DNA of 64,000 nucleotides from the human T2T-CHM13v2.0 reference genome, Homo sapiens. Under the pieces are notes generated by a model. It saw only the letters and a list, made by a program, of their open reading frames with translations, made no database searches and was not told where the DNA came from. The stretch lies in the NCBI RefSeq assembly GCF_009914755.1, contig NC_060927.1. The stretch is one strand, 5' to 3'. The translations under genes were made by a program, and so were the position numbers. Shown piece by piece: positions 40,190 through 52,815 of the stretch (position 1 is the first letter of the stretch; each line of letters begins with the position of its first letter).

Positions 40190-40510
40190 CCACCAAGCAT
40201 TTTACGTACATTTATTAGGCAGCAGTTATGTTTTTAGGTGCTGAGAATACAAAGAAGAATATGACATAGTTAACAGTAAAAGGAGGCCCAAACTTACATT
40301 ACACGACATGCCTCAATGGACTAGATGCTGTAATAGACTTAACTAGAATTCAAATATTCTTATATGGGCTTCACACACATTAGCTTACTGAGTTTTCTTA
40401 TGATGACACTGACAAGCAGGTAAGTAAATGATACTTATATTTATTCATCATAAAACTGGAGTTCAGAGAGGTTAAGTGATTTTCTTCATTTCATAGGCTA
40501 CAAAGTGATA
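40190..40510 (-). mobile_element. L2 3' end followed by MIR
   Basis: 'catttattaggcag...taggtgctgagaatacaaag' then 'aaaactggagttcagagaggttaagtgatttt'. Confidence 0.6.
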
Positions 40511-42199
40511 AGACTATAATTTTATCCTAGATCTTCAAATTAAAACATACACACTTACATTTGAATAACATTTTTATCTGTATTCCTGAAACCTGGCTAC
40601 TGTTCATTTTATGAATGATGATTTTTGGAAGATTAACTGTATATTCAATACTCATATTGATGTTAGTAGTCCTTTGTTTCTTTAACATAAAAGTTTTAAA
40701 TGAAAACATGAAATAATTATTTAATGCTTTTAAACATCATAAATAAATAAATGGAATCCATTTTTGGACTTTCCATATTTAATATTTGTCTTTTGTTACT
40801 TCGTTGTGCTATGAATGTACTCCCAGCATAAAATCCATAATATTTCGTTTAATTTATTTTTCGGTGAATCTGTCAGCTCTTTGAGGGGAGGGGTTACTTC
40901 ATATTAATCTCTTTTTCTTATCCTTTAGATTACTCTCTGGCATGCATTATATGCTCAAAAGTTGTTAAATATTTGAATGGATCCCTCGGACCTAACTACA
41001 CTACATTATTACCAACAAAACATTAAAGGCATAATGATGTTCACTATATCTAGTTAAATTATAATTTACATGGTTTGTTACAAGAAAACCTAAAATGTGT
41101 GTTTCTTGAAAGATTTCCCTTGATTTACTATTGAAATTATTATTTAATTTACTATTGTATTTTATAATTAAATCCTTATTTTGTTTTTTTAATTTGAACT
41201 TCTTGGGTAACACCTTAACTGTTACAAATATTTTAAACATTGAAATTACATGAGAACATAATTCATTATAATGCAGATGTTAGAATGTATCAGAAGTCAA
41301 ATCATGGCTCAAATAGGCCAAATACAATTGAAAGTGAATTTACCCTACAAAGCACCCTTCAACACCAAATTTACACAGGGATTACCTTGTAGCTCTGAGC
41401 ACATTAAAGTGGATTCGCATGATACACTCTTTATCTAATCGGCAACTGAAAATGCAGTTACAAATATAGGTCCTTGGAGATTGCAGTTTTGGAAACCCAT
41501 TGCAAAATATAACCCTTAATTACCTTCATGGTTAAAAAAGCAATCCAGTGTAAGCTAACACATTTTTTTCCCAGTAAAGAAAAGCTAGGAAAAGTAATTT
41601 TATTGACCTAAAGGTAGCGTGTGTCCATGAGGCTAGAAAATAATTTTTTTTTTGAAAGATGTATTCAGGGAAACAGAGAAGAGATCAAATTTAAAACTCC
41701 TCTTAAATGGTTCATGGAACGGCATTAATAGGAAATCCAATGGGACTTATGCTAATCTACTTTCTTGGCTAAAACTGAGGATGTGAGCAAAGTGATTTCT
41801 ATAATGGGTGGATAAAATACATTTTATTCTCTCAATGTTGTTTTGTCTTACAGGGAACATCACTATAGGTGATATTACATAAGATTTTATTCAGCCCTCT
41901 TACATCGTATTATCGGGTAGACATTAAGAAGCACGTATTTGTTTACAGAGTCATAAGGAATTCAGTTTTGGACTCTGCCCCCCAAAAATCCTAGGCTAGT
42001 TTTTGACGCCTCCCTTATTCTCTAGTGACACATGGGAATTGTAGTCCCAGGGCATTCTCCTTGGTCTTAGTGAAGCACTTTTCCGTAGATCTAGGAGCAA
42101 AAGTAGAGTAAAAATATCTGGATTGAAGGTACCTATTCATACCTGCTTCAATTCAGTAACTTCTCTCATTTTCCTGGTATCAGCTTCAGCTTCTGTGAG

Positions 42200-42560
42200 A
42201 TTCTTTATATTCCTGCATCATGCTGTGCTCGGCTGTACCTCAGAATTTCAGCACGAGCTGTTCCCTCCTCCTAGAATGTCTTCACCGCTTTGCATATTTG
42301 ATTCCCTTCTCCTTGCATATTTCATTCTTCAGGTCTCAGATTAAACATCAGCTCCTCATTCATTTAGTTCACTCTATGTTACTTATTCTCACATTTTCAT
42401 TAACTCTATCAAAATTTTTTTAACATTTTCTTGATTACAGCACACTTGCCACTGATTTAATTATTTGTGTTATTGTTTGTTACTCTAATACAACTCCTTT
42501 CTGACCACCCAGGGACTAGCACTATACTTAGCACATAGTTGGGGGTTGACAAATATTTAT
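42200..42560 (+). mobile_element. L2 3' fragment
   Basis: 'gctgttccctcctcctagaatgtc', 'ttcattcttcaggtctcagattaaacatca', 'ctagcactatacttagcacatag'. Confidence 0.65.
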
Positions 42561-43289
42561 ATGGTTAACACATATTTCTTAAGGTTTTTTCTTTTCTCCC
42601 CCCTTTTTCTTTTTTCTCCTCCTTTGCAAACTCCTCCTACTCCTTCTTTTGCAGCAATGTAGTTTCAAACGTAGAATCGAATTATTATTTTAAAAAGTTT
42701 GTAGCCCAAAATGTTACATACTGGCTATGCCCAAGAAAGTTTGAGGTTTAGCTCATATTCCTACACCGAATACACATTATATTTAATATAATGAGACTAA
42801 CTCTGATTATTATAGACTTGAGATATAAAAGAACTTCAGATTAAAAAGACGAATTATAATCAGTATACTGTTGTACCTGCTATCTCCCACTTCATAATAT
42901 GTTTCACATGAACACATTACAATTATCGTTAGTCTTCCCAGTTGTGAGGCACATGATACATAGTAGATGTTCAGTAAATATTTCCTGAATGCATGTGTTG
43001 ATATATCAATTGCGGAATTTAAGGCTGGAGAGCAGGCAAATAAGCTTGCAGAAAAATGTCTAACCGCAAGGATTGAAGCAAAAATCATTTCTGATTAACT
43101 TAGTTATTTGGAAAACGCATTTCCCCACTTCAGTCTCAAAATATGTTTTAGATAGAGCTTGTAATATGATTTTCAGTGATGTCTTAATTATGTTGGCTGA
43201 AAATAAAGAGCATTTGAAGCAGAAAATGTAACGTGATGTCACCAGAAGCCAGTTTCCTCTGTGGTTCAGGGAAATATGTGTCAAGTCCG

Positions 43290-43400
43290 TTGAACTGAGT
43301 TTGAAACACAGTTTTGACCATATTGGCTGGGTCCCTGGGCAGGTTACTTAGCCTCTAATCAAGAGTTTACTTGTTTTCAAAATGGAGATAACACCATACC
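43290..43400 (+). mobile_element. MIR fragment
   Basis: 'ctgggcaggttacttagcctct...ttttcaaaatggagataac'. Confidence 0.55.
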
Positions 43401-43874
43401 TGGTATATCTGATTATCTGGAAATAGCTTCAAAATCCCAATAGCTTCTGGACGGTCTCCTGGAATATTAAGGCATTGTCAAGACTAAAGGAAATATGACA
43501 GTTTAATGAGATAATTAATAGACAGCAACTTATGACAAATCATTTATTTTAAAACTAATTTTTCCAAAAAATGGCATTGAAATAACATTATAGCAAGTAT
43601 TATTTCAAGTTTAAAATTTAAGTCTCCAAGTGAACCAATAATTATTATATATTGCAATTATTTTTTAATATTTTGGGACCACATATATGCCATTTCTAAG
43701 AAAGATAGAGGCCCCTTTTGTGTGTAATAGTAATAACTTTCATGATGGGAATTTGAAGCTCCCAATAAAAGGTCTTCATTCCCTAAAATATCTTTGACGC
43801 TGACTACCATGAACCTAATTCCCTATCATAGCCATACATTGGAATTCCACTGTTTATATGCAAATTTCAAAGCG

Positions 43875-43958
43875 TAAGGCTGAGCCACATGAAATTGATT
43901 TGGTTTGAGCATGAAATTGATGGCCAAATACAGGCAATTTAATATGGTTCAACTTTTA
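43875..43958. mobile_element. MADE2 mariner-derived MITE
   Basis: Inverted termini 'aggctgagccacatgaaattg' and 'ggcaatttaatatggttcaactt'. Confidence 0.7.
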
Positions 43959-44263
43959 TATTTAATCCATAATCAGGCATTAGCATCTATGTGAAATTAT
44001 TTGCAATGGCATCACAAAGCAAACACCAAGCAAATAAATAAAAATTTAGATAAAATAACTTGGTTCTGGATGAGTTATAAAGAAATCAAAACCAAAGGTA
44101 AGACATTATAAGGAAAAAGAGAATCAAGAAAAGAGACTCATAGGTTCTTCATAAATTTTCTTTGATTAGACCTTAGCTAGACATGGCATTTGTGGTAGCA
44201 TCCATCACATATTGATGAATTTATCTTTGAAAAATTGTGTAAGATAAAAAGTGCAGGCTGGGT

Positions 44264-44882
<619 letters not shown>

Positions 44883-46794
44883 GTGCTAACAAGACTATCA
44901 TGCCTTCTCCAGCACTAGCATATAGCACACATAAAGCTGGGACTTAAAAAAAAAATAATAATCTATAAACCTGACTCAGAAAGAAAATGTAATTTTTGCT
45001 AAAAAAAATTATAGTATCTTCAATGATCATTAAAAATAGCAAGCTATAGGTTGTGCTAATGATTCATATTATTATGAAGAAAATGTAGGTATATTGAAGG
45101 ATCGAGTATTTCTTTCCTCTAATTTCCCAGGGCTTCCCTTTCTGGAGTTCAATATACACAAACACACACACAACCACCTTAATATACATTATTTAAAAAG
45201 TGGGTGAAGGTACTGCTGGACCCAATTAACATAACAACAAAATCAGAGCAAGCGAAGTTCTGAATAGCCTGCCTCAAAACTTCCTGAAAGTTTTTCTATT
45301 TCAATTCGGCACATCAAGTCTGAAAACAAAACAAAACAAACAGCTTGTCATGGTGTTACTTTTCCTACCTGAGTTACCAGCACCATTCCCTTTCTTTCCA
45401 CCCAGGCACAGGTCCATCTGTCCTGCCACTGCTAAATTTGAAGGCTGGGGGTATACACATCTGCCCTGGGCAAACACAATCAGTGTTTCCTCCACAAACA
45501 CAGATTCCCATGACAGCCAAACAGAAAAGAGAGGGGAAGAAAAGAGAAGCTGCGGATATTAAATTTCTCTTAGACCTACCACCTGATTCTCATTTGACCC
45601 ACTCTCTCAGTCTTATAAGCCCACCTTCATCACTTTTTATTCACGTGGCTCTTTTACCAGCTGGGCATATGAAATTCTAAGCCTTCGTACTTTTCCAAGT
45701 TACTGCACAACAATCTTAGCAAGACAAGAGAATATTTAAGAAGTCCTTTGCTTTCCATCTTTTTTTAGGTTATTGGACTCTTTTGCAGAGGCTATCAACT
45801 CCAACTGTGTAAGGACACCTGTCTACCAGAACAGGCTTGAGATTACTAATTCATTTCACATGGGTCACCAAACTGATATCAAATAGCAGTAGTTCTTGTT
45901 TATTACCAGCTTAGATCAGATTCAAACGGGAGACTCAAAGCTAAAAGGCTTAACCTCCAGCCCCTTAACCCTGGGTCACTCTCAATCTGTCTCTGGGGCA
46001 CTTTTAATTAATGGCAGACTGAAAAGGATTATAAATTCCAGAATTCCCATATACAATCCCTTATGAATGCCCAACTCACTAACAGTCAAGAAGCCTTCCA
46101 ATCCGCACATATTTGTTCATATGATTATATCTATACAAACCAAATTAAGTGGAGGCATGAGGAGGCAATCATCTTGAAAATTCAGGCTAAAATAGAAATA
46201 CTTCAATTGAGGTTTGGGAATTTACTTTTTTAAGATTGGAAAAATGTGCCAGATGATGTCCCTGCATTAATTTTAACTTTGCATGTGCTAGTGCCAAAGG
46301 GCAAAAAAAAACAAACGTAGAAAATTCAGGTAATTATCTAGACCATTAAAACCTAGCCATCTAATACTGAGAGAAAAATACATATAAAGAGAGGGGAAAG
46401 CCGTAAGCAACCAGGTTGAGAAAATTCAGCAATTAGCCAAAATCCAATTGCCTTATGGTATAAATATAGTTAAGACTATTGCAGAGTGGAAAAGCAGGAT
46501 TGGGGGACATCAACTTTACAATTTTTCTATATTTTGGTTTTCTAATGGAATACCCCAAGGTAAAAGAAAGCTCTAGGACCACTAAATGTTCTCTTGGAGT
46601 CATGTGCTTCTTTTGGCCACTTCTATATACTTATGATTTTGTTTTAAACTGATTGAGATTTGGTACTTCAGCAATTGTACAGAATATAATTAAATAATCC
46701 TTTTCTAAAGCTCCTCTGGAAATAATTATCTGAATTAAGTCTACTAATATTTATTGTACCTTAATCACACAGGTAACCATGGCCTATGCTAGAT

Positions 46795-46900
46795 CTTTCA
46801 CAAGATGTTAAACTTCTAACATCTTGAATCTTATGAAGCAATCTTATGAAGGTAGTATCATTATCTCTATTATATAATGAAGAAACTGAGGCTCATTTGT
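46795..46900 (-). mobile_element. MIR fragment
   Basis: 'caatcttatgaaggtagtatcattatctctattatataatgaagaaactgaggctca'. Confidence 0.7.
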
Positions 46901-46941
46901 AAGAATATCAATTATTTGGTGTATTAAAAAACATAGTCATC

Positions 46942-47415
46942 TGTTATAGGTTGAATTTTGCCCTCATCATCTAAAAAAAAAAGATATTTTGAAGTCTTAA
47001 TCCTCAATACTTATAAATGAGACCCCTTATTTGGAAATAAGGCTGTTGCATGTTTAATCAAGTTAAGAGAACGTCACTAGGGTGGGTCTTAATCCAATAT
47101 CATGTGTGTCCTCATAAGAAGAGGGAAATTTGGACACAGACCCAGAGACACAGGAAGAACACCATATGACGATGGAGGCAGAGAGTAGAGTGATACATCT
47201 ACAGGCCAAGGAATGCCAAGGTTTGTTGGCCATCAACATGGGCTAAGAGAGAGGCATGGAATATATTCTCTCTCAGAGTCCTCAGAAGGAACTAACCTTG
47301 CCCACACTTTTACTTCGGACTTTTAGGCACAACAATGAAGAGAGAATACATTTATATTATTTTGAGCCAACCAGTTTGTAGTACTTTGATATGATGGCCC
47401 TAGGAATCTAATACA
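46942..47415 (+). mobile_element. MLT1C-like solo LTR
   Basis: tgttataggttgaatt ... ctaggaatctaataca; perfect 5-bp TSD tcatc at 46937-46941 and 47416-47420. Confidence 0.92.
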
Positions 47416-47614
47416 TCATCCAATGAAGACGAGATAAAATAACAAAGTGGGGAGTTAATTTTACATATTAAGCAAGTTTAGACGATACTAGCATAAATGT
47501 CTTTTATGTTTCTTTAGGTAAATACAGCTGGAATATTTCCAGCAGAAAAATATAAAGTCTGGATTACAAAAGGGCTCTTACAAAGTTGTATCTTGAATGC
47601 CATTCTGAACACTG

Positions 47615-47638
47615 ACACACACACACACACACACACAC
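47615..47638. repeat. (AC)12 microsatellite
   Basis: Direct reading. Confidence 0.95.
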
Positions 47639-47659
47639 AGACGGATCTCAATAAGGGAG

Positions 47660-48245
47660 ACCTCATTACCTATGGAGTGAATGCCTAGCTTCTCAGCCTG
47701 GCAGTGTCTTTATGTTTTATACTCTTAAAAGATGTCTGATAATTAGATCTATGAATTCTCCTTCTTTCCCAGGCTAATCTTGTGCTGCTACTATAAAAAA
47801 AAAAACACACTATCCTCCAGCTAAACTGAATTCCTGGCTATTTGCCCAAACAGGCGTTCTGCTTTCCCACTTTCTTTCTTTTACTCATGCTGTGCCCATT
47901 ATATTAAAGTACTGCCCTTCTTCCCTCTCCTTCACCTCACTATATTTAAATCCTTCCAGGCATTAAGACAATTTGATAACTATCTCCTGTACTCATCCTT
48001 TGCCAATTAGAGAGACTTGGGTTCAGTTATTCTCCTGTCCTGTACTTTTTGTGACTCTCCTGTGGCTTTTCCAGTTTTCTGCTTTGCCATATAGACATGT
48101 GTTTATCTTATCTCCATTACTGTATCAGAAGTCTCTTGCAGTGGGTCGTATCCCTACTTGTCTTATACACCTTCCCTCTACCTCCAGGACCTAGTACAAT
48201 ACCTTCCACATAGTTGGTCCTCTACGAATATTTGCTGGATTGATT
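47660..48245 (+). mobile_element. L2 3' fragment
   Basis: 'ctccagctaaactgaattcc', 'ttactcatgctgtgccc', 'caggacctagtacaatacc...cacatagttggtcctc...aatatttgctggattga'. Confidence 0.65.
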
Positions 48246-49311
48246 TTAAGTTTGAATTGAACAGCACAGTATCTCTTGGGCTGAAAAATCACAATTGCAG
48301 ATGGCATGCTTGTATTGCTCAGTATTGCTGCACCAATGGAGCAAGGCATATTGCTTCAAATTCTTCATCTAAATGATGGGAGCTACAGAGGGAAAGGTTT
48401 TCTAAAAAAAAGAGTATCCACAAGCTAAAGCAACAAGAGGAACAGAAAAATGCTATAGCATTTTTTCCAGTTTATTCTATCCATCTAGTGGCAATTCATT
48501 TGTCTGGTAAGAATATCTGCTAGATTCCAGTGTTAGATTCAAAGTAAAGCTAATTTGCATTGGCATAGTGACTTAACTCACTAGTGTATTATTACTGTGT
48601 AAGCAGGTGTACATGCAACTACAAATAAATGCTTGCTGATGGAATCCCAGCAGGGCTTCTGATGAGTTTTCATTTTGTTGAACCTTACCCAGGAAATTAC
48701 TGTGTAAAAAGCTTTCTATTAGTTATTTGCCTGAAATATCATTTAGCTATACCTGGCCAAATTCATGGCAATTATACTAACTATACAAGAGGACATTACA
48801 AAAATCTCATCAGTCTTTTATATTCATTTTCTCAAATTTATGACTGAGACTATAGAAATATACATACATATATGCATACTCAAATACAAAAAAGCACACA
48901 TCAAGAGAAACTTAGTATTTAAAAGTGAAGAAAGAAATATCAAAAGAGGATAACAGAAGTTAATCTTTCCTCAGTATGGTATCCACACTAAGAGTTATCA
49001 ACTCCAAAATGCAAGTTACTGTTTACTAGTAGCCATAAAAATACGTACAAAATAAATTTATGCATGTTGATTGTAGCCCCAAACATGCTCACATGGAAAC
49101 AATATAAGCTCTTCTATTGTATTATAGGATACATGAAAAAGCTGACAATGAAAATTAGGTCCCTCAGTGTCACAGCATATGACCATATATATCAGTATTT
49201 TCCGTAACAAGCCCTGTGATATGATCAAACCCATCATGTCTCCATAGCTGTGTAATAATGAATTTTGTTATATTTATTAGAATACATTAGTAGATCTGGA
49301 GTTTAAGAATA

Positions 49312-49900
49312 TGTTAGTCAACAAATATTCATTGTGTGCCTCCTTCGTAGGAGGTTTTTCTGTGATAGATTCTGTAAGCAGAAAATGTAAGATAATCTCG
49401 CATTTCAAAATTGTCACTCTATTTTGAAATGAGAAATAAGACAAATATTCACATGGAAGAAGATGTAAGGTAATGTATGTAATAAAAAAAGTGAAGTAAT
49501 GTATGCCAAATGGCAAAATACTTGCTATAGACAATCAGTCAGTGCTATAGAAGTCCATGGTGGAGTGAGATTGCCAATGGTAGAGTCAATGGTGGTGTGG
49601 AAGAGATCAGGAAAGTGTCATAGGGAGGGTGACCATCTATGCTAGTTTGAATGAAAGAGTTCCAATTTATACCTATACTCCTGGTGTAACAATGGGACCT
49701 GCTTTCACTCTCAAAAGTGTTTTGATCTATGGGATAATTATTTGTACATTCTACCACAGGAGCAAATGAGCAAGTGTGGCCTTGAAATGAAGGTAGAATT
49801 CGAACAAGCAGAAGTGAATGTTTCTGGAAATCTGAGACAGGAAAAACGGTGTATGCAAAGGGACAAAAGACCACGAGGCCTAGAAATCAATAGGGTGGAT
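49312..49900 (-). mobile_element. L2 fragment interrupted by MER94
   Basis: 'tcaacaaatattcattgtgtgcct', 'gatcaggaaag', 'ggccttgaaatgaaggtagaattcgaacaagcagaag'. Confidence 0.55.
49626..49753. mobile_element. MER94 hAT-Blackjack MITE
   Basis: 'agggtgaccat' terminus and diagnostic 'ctttcactctcaaaagtgt'. Confidence 0.75.
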
Positions 49901-50122
49901 GACAGCAGCTTTTGCGCAATGAGGCCTTGTCTGCATTGTGAACTACAAACAAAACATGCACTGGAGACCTAGCCTTCCAGATCCAGCTTTCTCCTGAGAA
50001 AACAATAGGGCTTTTTTTCAGAGTATGCTTTAAAGACCATTACTATAGCCTGAATTTATGACAGAAAGAAACATTTGGGAATATGCAGTGATTCCACTCA
50101 ATGTTCAGTATCTCCTTCTGCC

Positions 50123-50369
50123 AAGGGTAACCAGATTTAACCAAAAGCAACAACAACAAAGATAGATCATTCCTAAATGTGAACTCCTATAACTGATGAA
50201 TAATTTTCTAGTATAAGAATGTCCCAGATATTGCATGAGGCATAATGCAAAAGCACTTTTTTAGTGTCAGTATGCTCCAATTATATTACACGGGACATAT
50301 ACTAAAATTCTGCTGCTTGTCTGGAATTCAAATTTGACTGGGTATTCTATATTTTATCTGGCAACGGTA
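50123..50369. mobile_element. MER53 palindromic hAT MITE with duplicated centre
   Basis: Inverted termini agggtaaccagat / atctggcaacggta; 8-bp TSD (c/t)ttctgcc at 50115-50122 and 50370-50377. Confidence 0.88.
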
Positions 50370-51565
50370 TTTCTGCCTCATCAGCCTTAAGGGGTTTCGC
50401 TTAGTTACTTTTAGGGTTGACAAATCTCTCCAAGCCTTGACTCAAAACACCAGCTTCTTTAGCTTTCAAAGGTAATTGCTGTTTTGAATTTAGGTGTTAA
50501 GAGGGACTTGTATAAGTATTTATTGATGGTTTTCTGATTTTTTTTTAGTTCCAAGTTTATTTATTATATGCTGTGGATTAAAACTCAAACCTTAATTTCT
50601 AATTTAGATTATCCTCTAAAGTAACTAAAAATAAAGGTATGTAATGATCACATGAGTTCAACTGACGCTAATTTTTCATCATTGGGCACTTTAAAATTTG
50701 AGGCAAAATCTTCAACCAAATAAATCATGTAATGTTTTCCGAGCTCCTCAACTTCCTCAGTTCCCTTTCACAATGGTTGTATGAGGCATTCCACAGAACA
50801 TAAGTGAACAAACAGGCTTGGCAGCTTGGGGATGCACTTGAAAGTCCCCTTAACTACTAATGGTGCTAACTTTTGTACCTAGAACCCATAAAGGCAAATT
50901 TAGTCAATTTATTTACACTATAATATAACTGTCTCCCAAACAGCAATAAACATTCCTTGTCATTACTTTCCAATGATTCTCAAAACTTCCTGGTATGCAA
51001 GTGAAAATAAGTTGCTGCTTTCTGATTAACTGTGTGAATATTCTCCTCATGTGTTTTCTCATTTGGTTAATAAATAATGAAAATGACAGTGACAATATTT
51101 TCACTTGTTGCAAGCACTGTGCTAAGCATATTAACATGTTGCATTTTACTTGATGTCATTAAAATGTCATTGAATGATTGTGTTCAATAATCAGGAATTC
51201 CTTAAGCCATTGGAAGTATGAAAAATGACAGCAGTTTACAATCTTCTGACACATGGATATAACCTTTTGACAGGTACTACAGGAGATAAACTTTTACATC
51301 TTAATGTTCTCTATTTGATGGACAGATGGTGCTAGATCAAGAAACAGACTTTGAAGCCTGAAAAAGAACAATTCTCAACAACAGGAAAAATGGTATTTAT
51401 TCTCCATGAACACACACACACACAAATCAATATCAAAAAATATTAAAATATTGAAGTATCAAGAATTTATGTTGGTGGTTACAGATATTTATAAGAAATT
51501 ATTTTAATGTTGGAGTTAATAGAAAGGAATCCTCTAAATTCAATGAACAAATAGCCAATAGCAGC

Positions 51566-51652
51566 TGATTCTGGAAATTGCTAAAAACTCACAGTGATTC
51601 CAGAAATTGCTAAAAACTCACAATGATTCCAGAAATTGCTAAAAACTCACAA
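51566..51652. repeat. 29-bp tandem repeat x3
   Basis: tgattc(tg/ca)gaaattgctaaaaactcaca(g/a) at 51566, 51595 and 51624. Confidence 0.97.
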
Positions 51653-52689
51653 CTTTGTTTTCAAAGTTTTCAAGGCTCTGATCCAACATCAGTTACCCTC
51701 TAGCCCTGAAACTCTGTTACAACATCACAGACACCTTTCTTGGCTTTTTTCCCTTCCTGCTGCCTGCCTATCTGTGGGGAGTGAGAGGTATTTTCTCACC
51801 ATTCCAAGCAATTCTTTGGTTTCCCTGTATCCTTTGTGACCCACCACCCAATCCAAAAAATGCATTTCAAAGCTCCTCTTGGTTCCAGTCTTTAATCTGA
51901 ATGGCTGGCCTTAATCAAATGCAATGGATTGTACAGGCACTATGATGACCAATAAATTCTCTCACTTGTCAGGCAGGGCTCACTTCGCATATATGTAGCA
52001 ACATAACAGTGAAAATACAAGGGAGTAGCCTCCTTACTTTTAGGCCAACATAATAATGCATTAGCCACATAATTGTCAGAGTACATAAGCCAATTATATG
52101 CACATATAGTAACTGGAAAATAATGTTCTTTCACTAGAGAATAAAAAAAGAAATAAATCTATTAAGATATTTTCTAGTATAAGTAGTGAAATCCGAGATT
52201 ACTTAGAAGAGACATAAAAGGTAATGGCCTTCTTTCGATATATTTGTGACTCACTTAATAGGCTGGCCCAAATAAATAAAGAGAAAAGCCTGGAACAAAT
52301 AGAGAAAGCCAAACATAAGTATTCATCAGTGAATTATTTTTGTTTGGAATTTCAAATTTTAAAATTTATGAAATAAAACAGAACTTTATAGAAAGTGAAA
52401 TTTTAAATGAAAAATTTTTAAGCCGGAGCACATTGTTATAGATTATAGCAAAATTTCACTGGGAAGTGTAAAGACCCAAACAAAACAGATCATACAGAGA
52501 TAGAGGATTGCTAGAATGCAAAACGTGTCTGTGATCTGACATTTGCAAGTGATGCCATTCAGTTTCTCCTTGCCTGCCAGCCTCTGTTTGTATGAAATAG
52601 TTGCAACACTGGGATCGTCTGTCCACTTCCATTAACTTGCTAGTCTTACTTCTAAGTTCCATATCCCTGATAGGGATATATTCCAAGAT

Positions 52690-52815
52690 ATGCTATCCAT
52701 TGGGAATATTGTTCAAAGAGATGCTACCTATCAGGAATGTTGTTAAGACAATTTCTGCACAGGTTTGGGTTGGATTAGACATCTTTTAAGTTTCTTTTAA
52801 ATTTCAGTGGCTTAT
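52690..52815 (+). mobile_element. CR1/L3 (or MIR3) 3' end remnant
   Basis: 'acctatcaggaatgttgttaagacaatttctgcac...gggttggattagacatcttttaagtttctttt'. Confidence 0.5.

Noticed and set aside
47500-47525. AG|GT recursive-splice-like motifs (plus strand here; minus strand at ~61890-61905)
   Set aside because: They lie on opposite strands, are expected by chance in T-rich DNA, and no host gene is established.
52661-52679. Perfect hairpin atatccct-gat-agggatat
   Set aside because: An 8-bp stem is expected by chance in 64 kb of AT-rich sequence.
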